DNA of 10,075 nt, from positions 1-10,075 of the forward strand of contig JAYSWN010000126.1 of the NCBI GenBank assembly GCA_043718025.1, in the 5' to 3' direction. The notes beneath the pieces were generated by a model. That model saw only the letters and a list, made by a program, of their open reading frames with translations. It did no database searches and was not told the origin of the DNA. A program made the position numbers and the translations under genes. Source of the DNA: Pseudomonadota bacterium (lineage in GTDB: Bacteria; Bdellovibrionota; FAC87; UBA2466). Of this stretch, positions 1 through 7,751 are shown piece by piece. Numbering within the stretch: position 1 is the stretch's first letter; the number at the start of each line of letters is the position of its first letter.

Positions 1-465
1 GTAAGGACAAGCGAGATACAAGGCAGATCTTGGTCTAATGGCTAGGACAGTTTTACGAAAAGCCTCTAACTCGCGCAGATTCGTAACCATCGAAGCCACG
101 TCTCCATTCAAAATCCAGGCAGAAAAACGACCAGCAATCGGTGCCAGGGACGAAACGCGCTCCTGCATTTTTGCGCGCGAGGAGTAATCCCATTTTCCTA
201 AGTCGATGGAGTAATGAATCCTCGAATCAGGCTCTGGCGTCAGTGCCTTTGCCTCTTCAAATGGCACGACGATGTTGGTCACATGCTTGGCATAATCAGT
301 TGGCAAAGTTTTGGTGAACTTTGAGTCGCCCAACGACATGACTCCAATCTGGCGATGGAAAGGGGGCATATACCGACCGGGCACGAGCGGCCAGGGGGTG
401 TCCGCGTTAATCACTCGACTAAGGATTACGGCGATAAGGGCAAACCAATAGAAAGCAGTTTTCAT
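1..465 (-). CDS. Secreted hypothetical protein, partial (runs off the left edge)
   Basis: Not in the ORF track. Manual translation from ATG at 465 is open for 155 codons to position 1: MKTAFYWFALIAVILSRVINA|DTPWPLVPGRYMPPFHRQIG... The N-terminus is signal-peptide-like, and a TAGAAT -10-like hexamer lies 6 nt upstream. Confidence 0.75.
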   Translation of the reverse strand, partial: MKTAFYWFALIAVILSRVINADTPWPLVPGRYMPPFHRQIGVMSLGDSKFTKTLPTDYAKHVTNIVVPFEEAKALTPEPDSRIHYSIDLGKWDYSSRAKMQERVSSLAPIAGRFSAWILNGDVASMVTNLRELEAFRKTVLAIRPRSALYLACPY

Positions 466-471
466 ATCAGT

Positions 472-477
472 ATTCTA
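472..477 (-). promoter_or_regulatory. Putative -10 element (TAGAAT) of a leaderless transcript
   Basis: Minus strand reads TAGAAT-actgat-ATG, with no Shine-Dalgarno and no convincing -35. Confidence 0.45.
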
Positions 478-565
478 CCGGCATGTGGCCCAGGGGTTTA
501 GCGCAAAATGTTTCGGAAAAATGACGCTTTGCCGGTTCAATCTAATTCCAGTAGACACGACCAGC

Positions 566-2083
566 ATGACTTCACCTGCTTACGGCATTCATTGGTTCCG
601 CCGCGACCTTCGCGTCGCCGGTAATCCCGGCTTAGCGCTGAATTGGAAAGAGACCAAGGGACGTACGGTTGGCCTCTTTGTTTTTGACACTAAGTTTCTC
701 GCGCGGCCCGATTTTTCGGCTAATCGTTTCGCTTTTTTTCTGGCCACACTAACGTCTCTCCGCAACGAGTTACGCACACTGGGCTCAGACCTCCTCGTAC
801 TCGATGTCAATGCGGTCGAAGCGCTACCTGCCCTGTTTCATAGATTTGAAACAGCCCACGTTGGGAAACCCACCTTTGTTTCTTGGAATCGTGACTATGA
901 GCCCTTTGCCCGCGAACGGGACGCCAGGGTACGCCAATGGCTGAAGGGACAAGGAGTCCAGCTTCTTACCGATCGAGACCATTTGCTAATCGAGCCCGAT
1001 GAGTTGTCGAAGCCCACCGATCCGCAGGCGACTTACCAAGTCTTCACCCCCTTTTCGAAACGGTGGTACGAACTTTTTCTTACTCCGGCGGTGCAGGCTC
1101 GAATCGAGCAGCAGAGGAGAGGAATCGCCTTTTTAGACGATCTGAGCCGGGGCAAAGGTGAGAAGATCTTCTCGCTGACCTGGCCCGAACTCTTGCCCGT
1201 TAAATTACCTGGCCCAATGCTTGGCGCACAGCAACCCCCCGATGATTTAATTGAGCGCTACCAAAAGAATAATTTGGCCCAAGTCACGGTGCCCATTCCA
1301 GACGCGGGCAGCCAAGCGGCACTTAAGGTCTTACGGAAATTTAAAGATCACATTCAGCATTACGGTGAAGCCCGCGACTTTCCTGCCGTGATGGGAACTT
1401 CCTACCTCTCCCCTTTTTTGAAAAATGGATCAATCACGATAGCCCAAGCCATTAGTGAACTGAAGCTCACGCCCGATTCCAAAACGATGAAAACAAATCA
1501 GGGAAAATACTTTACCGAACTGGTGTGGAGGGAATTTTATTATCACATTCTCTTCCACCACCCTCGTGTCGAAGGGCAAGCCTTTCTCGATAAGTTTGCA
1601 AGCCTAAAGTGGCAAAACCGGGCGGACTGGTTTCAAGCGTGGAAGGACGGCATGACCGGTTTTCCGATCGTCGACGCTGGGATGCGGCAGTTGAAGACCA
1701 CCGGGTGGATGCACAACCGGGTGCGAATGATCGTGGCCTCGTTTCTCACCAAAGATCTTCTCATCGATTACAGGTGGGGAGAGCAACATTTCATGTCGCT
1801 ACTCTTGGATGGTGATTTGGCTCCAAACAACGGGGGCTGGCAATGGGCGGCTTCGACCGGCTGCGACCCCCAGCCCTATTTCCGAATTTTTAACCCTTGG
1901 CGGCAGAGTCTGAAATTTGATCCGCAGGGTGACTACATCCGAAAATATGTTCCCGAACTTTCGAATTGGGAAACCGACGCCATTCACAAGCCCTCGCCAC
2001 TACTGGCCCGTAATGGCTACCCCTTGCCGATCGTGGAGCATGACGTTCAGCGCGACAGAGCCCTGGCCATGTATAAGGCTTAA
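566..2083 (+). CDS. phrB: Deoxyribodipyrimidine photo-lyase (class I CPD photolyase, cryptochrome/photolyase family)
   Basis: Motifs HWFRRDLRV, YQVFTPF, RDFPA..GTSYLSPFL, ELVWREFY, GMTGFPIVDAGMRQL..TGWMHNRVRMIVASFLTKDL, DGDLAPNNGGWQW, PYFRIFNP..Q..KFDP.G.YIRKYVPEL. Start moved from GTG 485 to ATG 566 (505 aa) because WFRRDLR normally lies near the N-terminus. Confidence 0.95.
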   Translation: MTSPAYGIHWFRRDLRVAGNPGLALNWKETKGRTVGLFVFDTKFLARPDFSANRFAFFLATLTSLRNELRTLGSDLLVLDVNAVEALPALFHRFETAHVGKPTFVSWNRDYEPFARERDARVRQWLKGQGVQLLTDRDHLLIEPDELSKPTDPQATYQVFTPFSKRWYELFLTPAVQARIEQQRRGIAFLDDLSRGKGEKIFSLTWPELLPVKLPGPMLGAQQPPDDLIERYQKNNLAQVTVPIPDAGSQAALKVLRKFKDHIQHYGEARDFPAVMGTSYLSPFLKNGSITIAQAISELKLTPDSKTMKTNQGKYFTELVWREFYYHILFHHPRVEGQAFLDKFASLKWQNRADWFQAWKDGMTGFPIVDAGMRQLKTTGWMHNRVRMIVASFLTKDLLIDYRWGEQHFMSLLLDGDLAPNNGGWQWAASTGCDPQPYFRIFNPWRQSLKFDPQGDYIRKYVPELSNWETDAIHKPSPLLARNGYPLPIVEHDVQRDRALAMYKA

Positions 2084-2346
2084 GGGGTGGTTAGTCGTTC
2101 GAGATCGCCCAAGATTTGATTGGCCTCTTCGTTGCTGTTTCCACAGTACCGCACGTCGGGGGTGAAGCCGCGGCAAACGCTGGGATACGATTCGGATCCC
2201 CACAACCCACAAAGATTCTGGGTATCAAGATTGACGCAGCGAACCCCGGCGGGTTTACCCTTCGGCATGTTAGGCAGAGCCGACCCAATGCTGATGGTAG
2301 TGCAGCAAACCGCGCAGCCCGGGCGGCAAGAAAATGCCAAGTTCAT
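2080..2346 (-). CDS. YkgJ/UPF0153 (YeiW-like) cysteine-cluster protein, putative Zn/Fe-chelating
   Basis: CRPGCAVCC...MPKGKPAGVRCVNLD..NLC.L......P.VC......YCGNS.......L..LE.LT closely follows the YeiW pattern. Stop overlaps the phrB stop (TTAA 2080-2083); start overlaps the upstream gene's stop (ATGA). Confidence 0.88.
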   Translation of the reverse strand: MNLAFSCRPGCAVCCTTISIGSALPNMPKGKPAGVRCVNLDTQNLCGLWGSESYPSVCRGFTPDVRYCGNSNEEANQILGDLERLTTP

Positions 2347-2966
2347 AAGTTCATCAATTCGGATTTTAGGCGCTGATATTCCGCATCGGTAAGCGCCCCT
2401 TTTTTATGGAGTTCAAAAAGGCGATCGAGTTCATCGTATTGGTTACGCCGCGCGGGGCTGGGCACCTGGCTTTGAATTTTTTCGTAAGCCTTTTGGCCGG
2501 CGCCAAAAAGTTGTTTCAATGAGTCTAACCAGGCATCCAGAAAACGGACGCCAACGTTTTCCCCTCGAATCACGACCGAGTCAGCAACCAGGTCGTGAAC
2601 CGCCTGGCGTTTCTCTGAAAACAGGGCAAGCGCATGGCCGACGAAACAGAGACACGAAGAGGCCGCCTCTACGAAATACCTCAGAATTGCCATCGGCAAG
2701 GTGAGCGGATCGCCCATCGAATTGGTCACTTTAATGCCCATCAGTTTCTTACCAAGAGTAGCCTGCATCGCCGACGAGTGCAGAAGTGGATAGTAAAAAA
2801 AACCCAGCACGATCGGTCCGGCAAAGGGAATTCCGAAATGGAGCAGCCCACCCGGAATGAGAAGAATTAGTACATCGATAAAGAAGGCCACCAGCCGCGA
2901 CCCTAGCGACGCATAATCAGGGGAATGTACTTTGCCACCGGAAGAAGGAGGGATTGTAGGTTCCAT
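2343..2966 (-). CDS. RDD family membrane protein with C-terminal SHOCT-like domain
   Basis: YASLGSRLVAFFID, QATLGKKLMGIKV and KRQAVHDLVADSVV are the RDD motifs. C-terminal ELDRLFELHKKGALTDAEYQRLKSELM matches the SHOCT pattern. Confidence 0.9.
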   Translation of the reverse strand: MEPTIPPSSGGKVHSPDYASLGSRLVAFFIDVLILLIPGGLLHFGIPFAGPIVLGFFYYPLLHSSAMQATLGKKLMGIKVTNSMGDPLTLPMAILRYFVEAASSCLCFVGHALALFSEKRQAVHDLVADSVVIRGENVGVRFLDAWLDSLKQLFGAGQKAYEKIQSQVPSPARRNQYDELDRLFELHKKGALTDAEYQRLKSELMNL

Positions 2967-2995
2967 AAATAGTCTTTTTACCGCCTTTGCGAGAC

Positions 2996-3024
2996 AGCTT
3001 AGTTTCCCTTTGGCCGAAGGGCAA
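2996..3024 (-). promoter_or_regulatory. Putative sigma70 promoter of the RDD / YeiW-like operon
   Basis: Minus strand TTGCCC (3024-3019), 17-nt spacer, TAAGCT (3001-2996), about 30 nt upstream of ATG 2966. Confidence 0.5.
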
Positions 3025-3126
3025 TACGGCCAAAAACTAACCTTAATTTGGGAGCCGAGCGCGGTTCGAAAATAGCTCAGCTTTTTTAAGGACAGAGCGA
3101 AGGGGGATGCGCTATCACCCTGAGCT

Positions 3127-4179
3127 ATGCGGGTAAAAATAATTTTATTGATTGTTGGTTTGGCCGTCGGAATATTTTTTTATTGGCGATCAACCCCTTT
3201 GGCGCCGGTGACCGAAGTGGTGGCCACGACATTGGCGCCGGCCCCCAAGACCGAGATATCCACCCCTAAAGCGCGGGAGCGAGCGTTGTACGCCGGACCC
3301 CGCCCGGTCGTGGAGCCGGCATTGGTAAAAAAGCAAGAACTCAAGCCTGAGTGCGTGGCCTTCTGGGACAAACTTCGCGGCTTGGATTTAGAAAAATCTT
3401 TTAATGGGCCCGTCGATGCAGAAAACCCTTTTCCGGTTACTGGCGGCTGCCAATCGGTGCCTAAGGCTCTGGAAACGGCACACCAACATTTTCAGCAATT
3501 TTGTGGCGTCATGGCTCAGTTAAAAGCCCTGCCCCGTGAACAGGCGGATGTGGGACTGGCCCAATGTCAAACCATGTCCCTGCTCTACCGTGCGCAGATT
3601 GCCGACTGGCTAAGCCGCGATATTCCGCTAAAAGAAATAAAAGACAATCGGATCCTGGCCGATAAATTGCTCGCTAAATTCGCCGACAATCCAGCCGGGG
3701 CGGCCGAAGTGGCCGAGCAAATGCTGGCCCGCGATCCAGAGTTAGGTTTTGCCGCCAAGGCAGCGGCAATTGGCCGGTTTATGGATGCGCAAACTACGGC
3801 GACCGGAAATTCAAAAGATCCGAAATGGGAAAAGGCCAATGAAAGTCAGGCTCGTTTGGATAGCATTAAGGACGGAGACAAACCGCAGGCCGATGAAATA
3901 CGCCTGCTGATCGCCCAACGACGTGACGCTGATCCGCGAGGGTTTCGCGATGAAGCCGTAAGTTTGGCCGAAAAGGACCCCTCTAGTTGGGTGGGGCCTT
4001 ATTACGCCGCGTGGGGTGAGCACGCGCTAAAAAACAAACAAAAAGCTGGAGAGTGGTTAGATCAGTGTCTGACGGACGCCCGGTGTCGAGAAGCAAAAGA
4101 AAATTTAGCCAAAGGCGGGGAAGCGCCTTTTCAAAGTCACCTTACCTTTGGTTTGAATCCTCTCGAGAAGAATCCGTAG
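3127..4179 (+). CDS. Hypothetical membrane-anchored protein, helical / possibly TPR-like
   Basis: 350-aa ORF. N-terminal hydrophobic anchor (IILLIVGLAVGIFFYW), Pro/Thr-rich linker, several Cys, Ala-rich helical segments (AEVAEQMLARDP; GPYYAAWGE....NKQKAGEWLDQCL). Family not recognised. Confidence 0.8.
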   Translation: MRVKIILLIVGLAVGIFFYWRSTPLAPVTEVVATTLAPAPKTEISTPKARERALYAGPRPVVEPALVKKQELKPECVAFWDKLRGLDLEKSFNGPVDAENPFPVTGGCQSVPKALETAHQHFQQFCGVMAQLKALPREQADVGLAQCQTMSLLYRAQIADWLSRDIPLKEIKDNRILADKLLAKFADNPAGAAEVAEQMLARDPELGFAAKAAAIGRFMDAQTTATGNSKDPKWEKANESQARLDSIKDGDKPQADEIRLLIAQRRDADPRGFRDEAVSLAEKDPSSWVGPYYAAWGEHALKNKQKAGEWLDQCLTDARCREAKENLAKGGEAPFQSHLTFGLNPLEKNP

Positions 4180-4183
4180 GCAG

Positions 4184-4222
4184 AATACTAAAAGGAGTGA
4201 ACGGCGATTCGCCGATCACTCC
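4184..4222 (-). terminator. Intrinsic terminator-like hairpin between convergent genes
   Basis: GGAGTGA-A-CGGC-gattc-GCCG-A-TCACTCC (4194-4222). On the minus strand it is followed by TTTTAGTATT and lies about 25 nt after the stop of 4248..4508. Confidence 0.65.
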
Positions 4223-4247
4223 CAATCAAATTCGTTCTGCAAACTAT

Positions 4248-4508
4248 TTAGTAACAGATGGTGCGGTAAACGTAGGTGGTAACCGTTCGGTACTGGTATC
4301 CGAAACCAGTCCAAACCAATTGGACGCTGGTCACTGGAACTAAGCGAGTGACGCATGGACGAATTGGATACACGGGATAGACCGGGTACACAGGATAGAC
4401 GGGATAAACAGGAACCACGACAATGGGACGACGGCCGAACTGAGCCTGAACAGGCGAAGCCACCGACATACCCAACACCAACAGCATACCTAATAAGAAT
4501 TTACGCAT
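4248..4508 (-). CDS. Small secreted Pro/Val/Tyr-rich protein with (PVY)5 repeat and two Cys
   Basis: ATG 4508 is preceded by a GGGGGA SD-like sequence. Signal peptide MRKFLLGMLLVLGMSVASPVQA; 86 aa. Repeat codons vary only synonymously, and a terminator-like hairpin follows. Confidence 0.85.
   Translation of the reverse strand: MRKFLLGMLLVLGMSVASPVQAQFGRRPIVVVPVYPVYPVYPVYPVYPIRPCVTRLVPVTSVQLVWTGFGYQYRTVTTYVYRTICY
4368..4412 (-). repeat. Degenerate 9-bp tandem repeat encoding (Pro-Val-Tyr)5
   Basis: CCT GTT TAT / CCC GTC TAT / CCT GTG TAC / CCG GTC TAT / CCC GTG TAT. Confidence 0.9.
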
Positions 4509-4733
4509 AATCCCCCATAAATTTCCCCCGGACTCAGTGCCACCGCAGAACACCCACGTACCCCAAACCCGGGCTGAAGCCCTTGATTTCGACTCAACGC
4601 GCGCTCAAGTCAATTAGCGCTTTATTAAGCGTTATCAGTTGGTTGTGCATTTTTTATAGACCGCCATTTCATTCGCGCGGCGGGCAGGCAAAGCCCCTGC
4701 TAAAGGCCGTCCAAAGGCGTGGCGACCAAATAT

Positions 4734-4755
4734 AGGTAACCGATGTTGGTTACCT
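4734..4755. promoter_or_regulatory. Palindromic operator-like site upstream of TIGR02147 gene 1
   Basis: AGGTAACC-gatgtt-GGTTACCT, a perfect 8-bp inverted repeat. It adjoins GTTGATCAAC (contains -35-like TTGATC, 4757-4762) and a weak TG-a-TATGAA (4778-4786). Confidence 0.6.
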
Positions 4756-4798
4756 GTTGATCAACCGGCCCCTCCTTTGATATGAAGCGTCACAACCT

Positions 4799-5626
4799 AT
4801 GAACGAAAACCCTATTCCCAGTCCAGCCCAATTCGTTACCGGCGCTCTAGCGCAAAAACGGCAACGCAATCCATCTTACTCGCTGCGGGCCATGGCGCGT
4901 GATCTTGGCGTCAGTCATACGTACTTAAGTCTGGTAAAGAATGGCCGCAAACAAATATCGGCTCACCAAGCACAGTGGATGGGAGAGGCGCTAAAACTCG
5001 ATGAAACCACCCGCGCCCATTTCGTAAAGAGCGCATTGCAGACGCTCTCGGCGCGATCCCAAGGTCCCCGCCCGCTTCCCAAAAAGGTGGCGGCGTTTTT
5101 AAAACTGGAGGCAAGTCAGGCCCGATCGTTAACTGATTGGTACCACTTTGCTATTGCCGATCTCACTCTGACCAAAAATTTTCAATTTGATCCAAACTGG
5201 ATCGCCAAGCGTCTGGGCATTCCCCCGAAGCAGGCGGCACAAGCCATGTCACGTTTAGAGAGGTCGGGGTTGCTAGAAAAAACCGACCATGGCTGGCGAA
5301 AGACGAATTCATTTTTGCAATTGCCTACCGATAAAACACTGGCGCCGATGCGCCGGCTTCATCGCACAATGATTTTGAAAGCGCTGGCCGCTTTGCAGTC
5401 TTCAAAAAAATCTGACTTCGAACGGCGCGACATCACCGGCAGCATGATACCGGTGAATCCAGACCGCCTGGCCGAGGCTAAAAAGCGGATCGCTCGCTTT
5501 CGAAAACAGATGATCCGATTTTTAAGCGAAGGCGAATGCTCTGAACTTTATCAGATGAATGTTCAACTCTTTGCCCTCACCCGCCCTACCCCTTCCGCGG
5601 TCGCGGCCCTTAAGGAGCAGCCATGA
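4799..5626 (+). CDS. TIGR02147 family protein (N-terminal XRE-like HTH + DUF4423), putative transcription regulator
   Basis: RNPSYSLRAMARDLGVSHTYLSLVKNGRK (HTH), LTDWYHFAIADL, WIAKRLGI....A..A..RLER.GLL, RDITGSMI, I..FRK, LYQMNVQLF. Confidence 0.9.
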   Translation: MNENPIPSPAQFVTGALAQKRQRNPSYSLRAMARDLGVSHTYLSLVKNGRKQISAHQAQWMGEALKLDETTRAHFVKSALQTLSARSQGPRPLPKKVAAFLKLEASQARSLTDWYHFAIADLTLTKNFQFDPNWIAKRLGIPPKQAAQAMSRLERSGLLEKTDHGWRKTNSFLQLPTDKTLAPMRRLHRTMILKALAALQSSKKSDFERRDITGSMIPVNPDRLAEAKKRIARFRKQMIRFLSEGECSELYQMNVQLFALTRPTPSAVAALKEQP

Positions 5627-6852
5627 AATTATTAATCTGTGGATTACTTATTGCCCTTTCCGCCTGCGACAAAACGCGACCAATTACCCTCGGTGGCGAG
5701 AATCCCTCGCAAAACGGCACACCGCATTCGTTTGGCCCCACCCCCGGCGGCGCCGCTTCTCCCGGTGGAGGCACTGACTTTGGCGGTGGAACCGATCGAG
5801 GCATGCGCTTCCGCTTCGCCCATTGGTTTCCGCTTAAACGCAATATCGAGGTTTGTATCCGCCGGGCCGATGACTTTGCCCTAAGCCAAGAACAGTTGCG
5901 CATCACGGTTGGCAACGTATTTGACACCTGGAACGGCTACTTGGGCGACAACAACGTTGAGTTGCATGGGCTCCGCCTCAACGTGAGTATCGCTGAAAGC
6001 TGTTCACTGAACACGGATGTAGAGTTTTTATTCGGCGTCTCCGATGAAAGAGTTAGAAATTCGCGGCGCCGCTTTTACGACCCATTCGGCATGGCGCTTT
6101 TCCAGGAGGGGAAGGGCTTCATTTGGGTGGCACCAATGCAACCGAATAGCCCGCAATCGCCCGATTGGAAAAAAGCCGGCCATCTTACGGCGGTCTTGTT
6201 GCACGAAGTGGGACATGTCTTTGGCAACGATCACGTCGAAGGCACCGTGATGGCGGCGGATCTCGGCGAGTCCTTAGATGAGCTTCCGGTAAAGTGGTTG
6301 ACCCAGATCGATCACTCGCGGCAACTTCTGGCGTGCACGACGTGCGCACGGGGCTACCGAATAAAGATCGAACCCGAACTTGAAGGCAATGACCTTGTTC
6401 AGATTGCCACCCTCCAGCGAATCGCGGGCACTAATGAAACCTCGCCGTTTACCGTTCGCTTTGACGTTCAACCCAATCGAAAGAACGAGAATTTGGCATT
6501 GGAAATCAACTGGCGTGGAGGACGACGTCGCTTGACCAGCAATTTGTCAGAAAAGCTAGATCTGGGCGTTTTCCTTTCCGGCTCAAAAGTATTTTTGGTG
6601 ATGGGTAAAGACTGGAGTAGCAGCAGTTTTCAGTACAGTTCCGGTTACGAATTCCGTAACATGTGGCAAAGTGACGACGGAAAAAAATACGAAATCATTT
6701 ATGGGCTGAACATGGCTCAGGCCGATCAGGGTGATTTCGATTCAACCTTTCCCGCGCGGCTTCAACTTCTGCATGAAGGGCAGCGCGTGACCATTGTAAA
6801 CTTCCCCTCCGACAGCAATGATTTAGAATCAACGAGGAAGACTATTCAGTAG
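5623..6852 (+). CDS. Lipoprotein with metzincin-type zinc metallopeptidase motif
   Basis: Lipobox LSA|C at residue 15. HEVGHVFGNDH (6202-6234, HExxHxxGxxH) is followed by a Met-turn-like GTVM. AAGGAG SD and ATGA overlap with the upstream gene. Confidence 0.85.
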   Translation: MKLLICGLLIALSACDKTRPITLGGENPSQNGTPHSFGPTPGGAASPGGGTDFGGGTDRGMRFRFAHWFPLKRNIEVCIRRADDFALSQEQLRITVGNVFDTWNGYLGDNNVELHGLRLNVSIAESCSLNTDVEFLFGVSDERVRNSRRRFYDPFGMALFQEGKGFIWVAPMQPNSPQSPDWKKAGHLTAVLLHEVGHVFGNDHVEGTVMAADLGESLDELPVKWLTQIDHSRQLLACTTCARGYRIKIEPELEGNDLVQIATLQRIAGTNETSPFTVRFDVQPNRKNENLALEINWRGGRRRLTSNLSEKLDLGVFLSGSKVFLVMGKDWSSSSFQYSSGYEFRNMWQSDDGKKYEIIYGLNMAQADQGDFDSTFPARLQLLHEGQRVTIVNFPSDSNDLESTRKTIQ

Positions 6853-6858
6853 CGCGCC

Positions 6859-6879
6859 GTGTTTCGTTTTTTGAAACAC
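6859..6879. promoter_or_regulatory. Palindromic operator-like site upstream of TIGR02147 gene 2
   Basis: GTGTTTC-gtttttt-GAAACAC, a perfect 7-bp inverted repeat. It could alternatively be a weak terminator of the preceding gene. Confidence 0.55.
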
Positions 6880-6894
6880 ATCTTTTCAACTTAG

Positions 6895-6923
6895 TTGTCG
6901 TTGCCGTTTCACGCTCTTAGTAT
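6895..6923 (+). promoter_or_regulatory. Putative sigma70 promoter giving a leaderless mRNA
   Basis: TTGTCG (6895-6900), 17 nt, TAGTAT (6918-6923), 6 nt, ATG 6930; no SD. Confidence 0.6.
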
Positions 6924-6929
6924 CCAAGC

Positions 6930-7751
6930 ATGGGTTATTTGGATTACGAAACGGCGCCCGCAGTTGAAAATTACCGCCTCTGGTTGGTTAAAGAACTCAC
7001 TGAACGCACGCGACGCAACCCGTCATACTCGCTGCGCTCCTTTGCCAAATCGTTGGGTGTCTCCGCTCCAAGTCTCTCGCAAATTCTATCGGGGAAACGG
7101 CCATTGAGCCGAAAGACCGCCTTGAAAATTATCGATCGCTGCGCGATCTCGCCCGAGCAAGGAAAAGCCTTTTTGATGGCGGCGATGGGAGAAAGCTGGC
7201 AAACCGCGCTCAATCGAATCGATGCCTCCGCCGAGCCTGTAAACGAATTTCAGCAAGTGCAGGTTGAAACCTTTCGCGTAATTGCCGACTGGTACCACTA
7301 CGCGATCTTAAGCTTGGGCGACATTCCATCCAATCACGCCTCGCCAGTCTGGATTGCAAAAAAATTAAACATTTCTCTACGCACCGCAACCAACGCCTTC
7401 GATAGGCTACTCAAGCTAGGTCTGATCAAAAAACGGGGCAAAGGTTTTTACCAATCAGCTAAACCCTTGGCCGCCACCACCAAAATCGAACTCTCGGCCG
7501 CGCTTCGTCATTGCCACTTGGAAACCCTACGTCTCGCGGAAAAGGCGTTAGAAGAAGGGCAAGCCCCGCTCGAACTGTTTAGCTCGGTGACCATGGCCAT
7601 TGACGAAACCAAACTGCCCGAAGCCCGTGAGCTTATAAAAAAATTTAGAAGAAGCCTCTGCCGCTTACTCGAATCCGGCGACCGGCAGCGAGTTTACACG
7701 TTAGCGGTAGGACTATTTCCCGTCAGTACACCCACTAAAGGTCACCCATGA
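6930..7751 (+). CDS. TIGR02147 family protein (N-terminal XRE-like HTH + DUF4423), putative transcription regulator
   Basis: RNPSYSLRSFAKSLGVSAPSLSQILSGKRPLS (HTH), FRVIADWYHYAILSL, WIAKKLNI....A..AFDRLLKLGLI, FSSVTMAID, LIKKFRR, VYTLAVGLFP. Confidence 0.9.
   Translation: MGYLDYETAPAVENYRLWLVKELTERTRRNPSYSLRSFAKSLGVSAPSLSQILSGKRPLSRKTALKIIDRCAISPEQGKAFLMAAMGESWQTALNRIDASAEPVNEFQQVQVETFRVIADWYHYAILSLGDIPSNHASPVWIAKKLNISLRTATNAFDRLLKLGLIKKRGKGFYQSAKPLAATTKIELSAALRHCHLETLRLAEKALEEGQAPLELFSSVTMAIDETKLPEARELIKKFRRSLCRLLESGDRQRVYTLAVGLFPVSTPTKGHP

Noticed and set aside
485..565. N-terminal extension of the photolyase from GTG 485
   Set aside because: It occupies the divergent promoter region, and the conserved domain begins just after ATG 566.
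4368..4412. Possible CRISPR-like or phase-variable repeat
   Set aside because: The 9-bp units are in frame, have no spacers and are degenerate at third codon positions, so this is a protein repeat.
4734..4755. Palindrome as a LexA/SOS box
   Set aside because: It does not match the LexA consensus sequences I know, and I saw no copy upstream of phrB.
4756..6897. GTTGATCAAC (4756-4765) and CAAC-tta-GTTG (6887-6897) overlapping both -35 elements as a second shared site
   Set aside because: Half-sites are only 4-5 bp, in opposite orientation, and partly forced by the TTG of the -35 hexamer.
589..7298. Many 60-105 aa alternative-frame or antisense ORFs
   Set aside because: All overlap better-supported genes and lack recognisable motifs.
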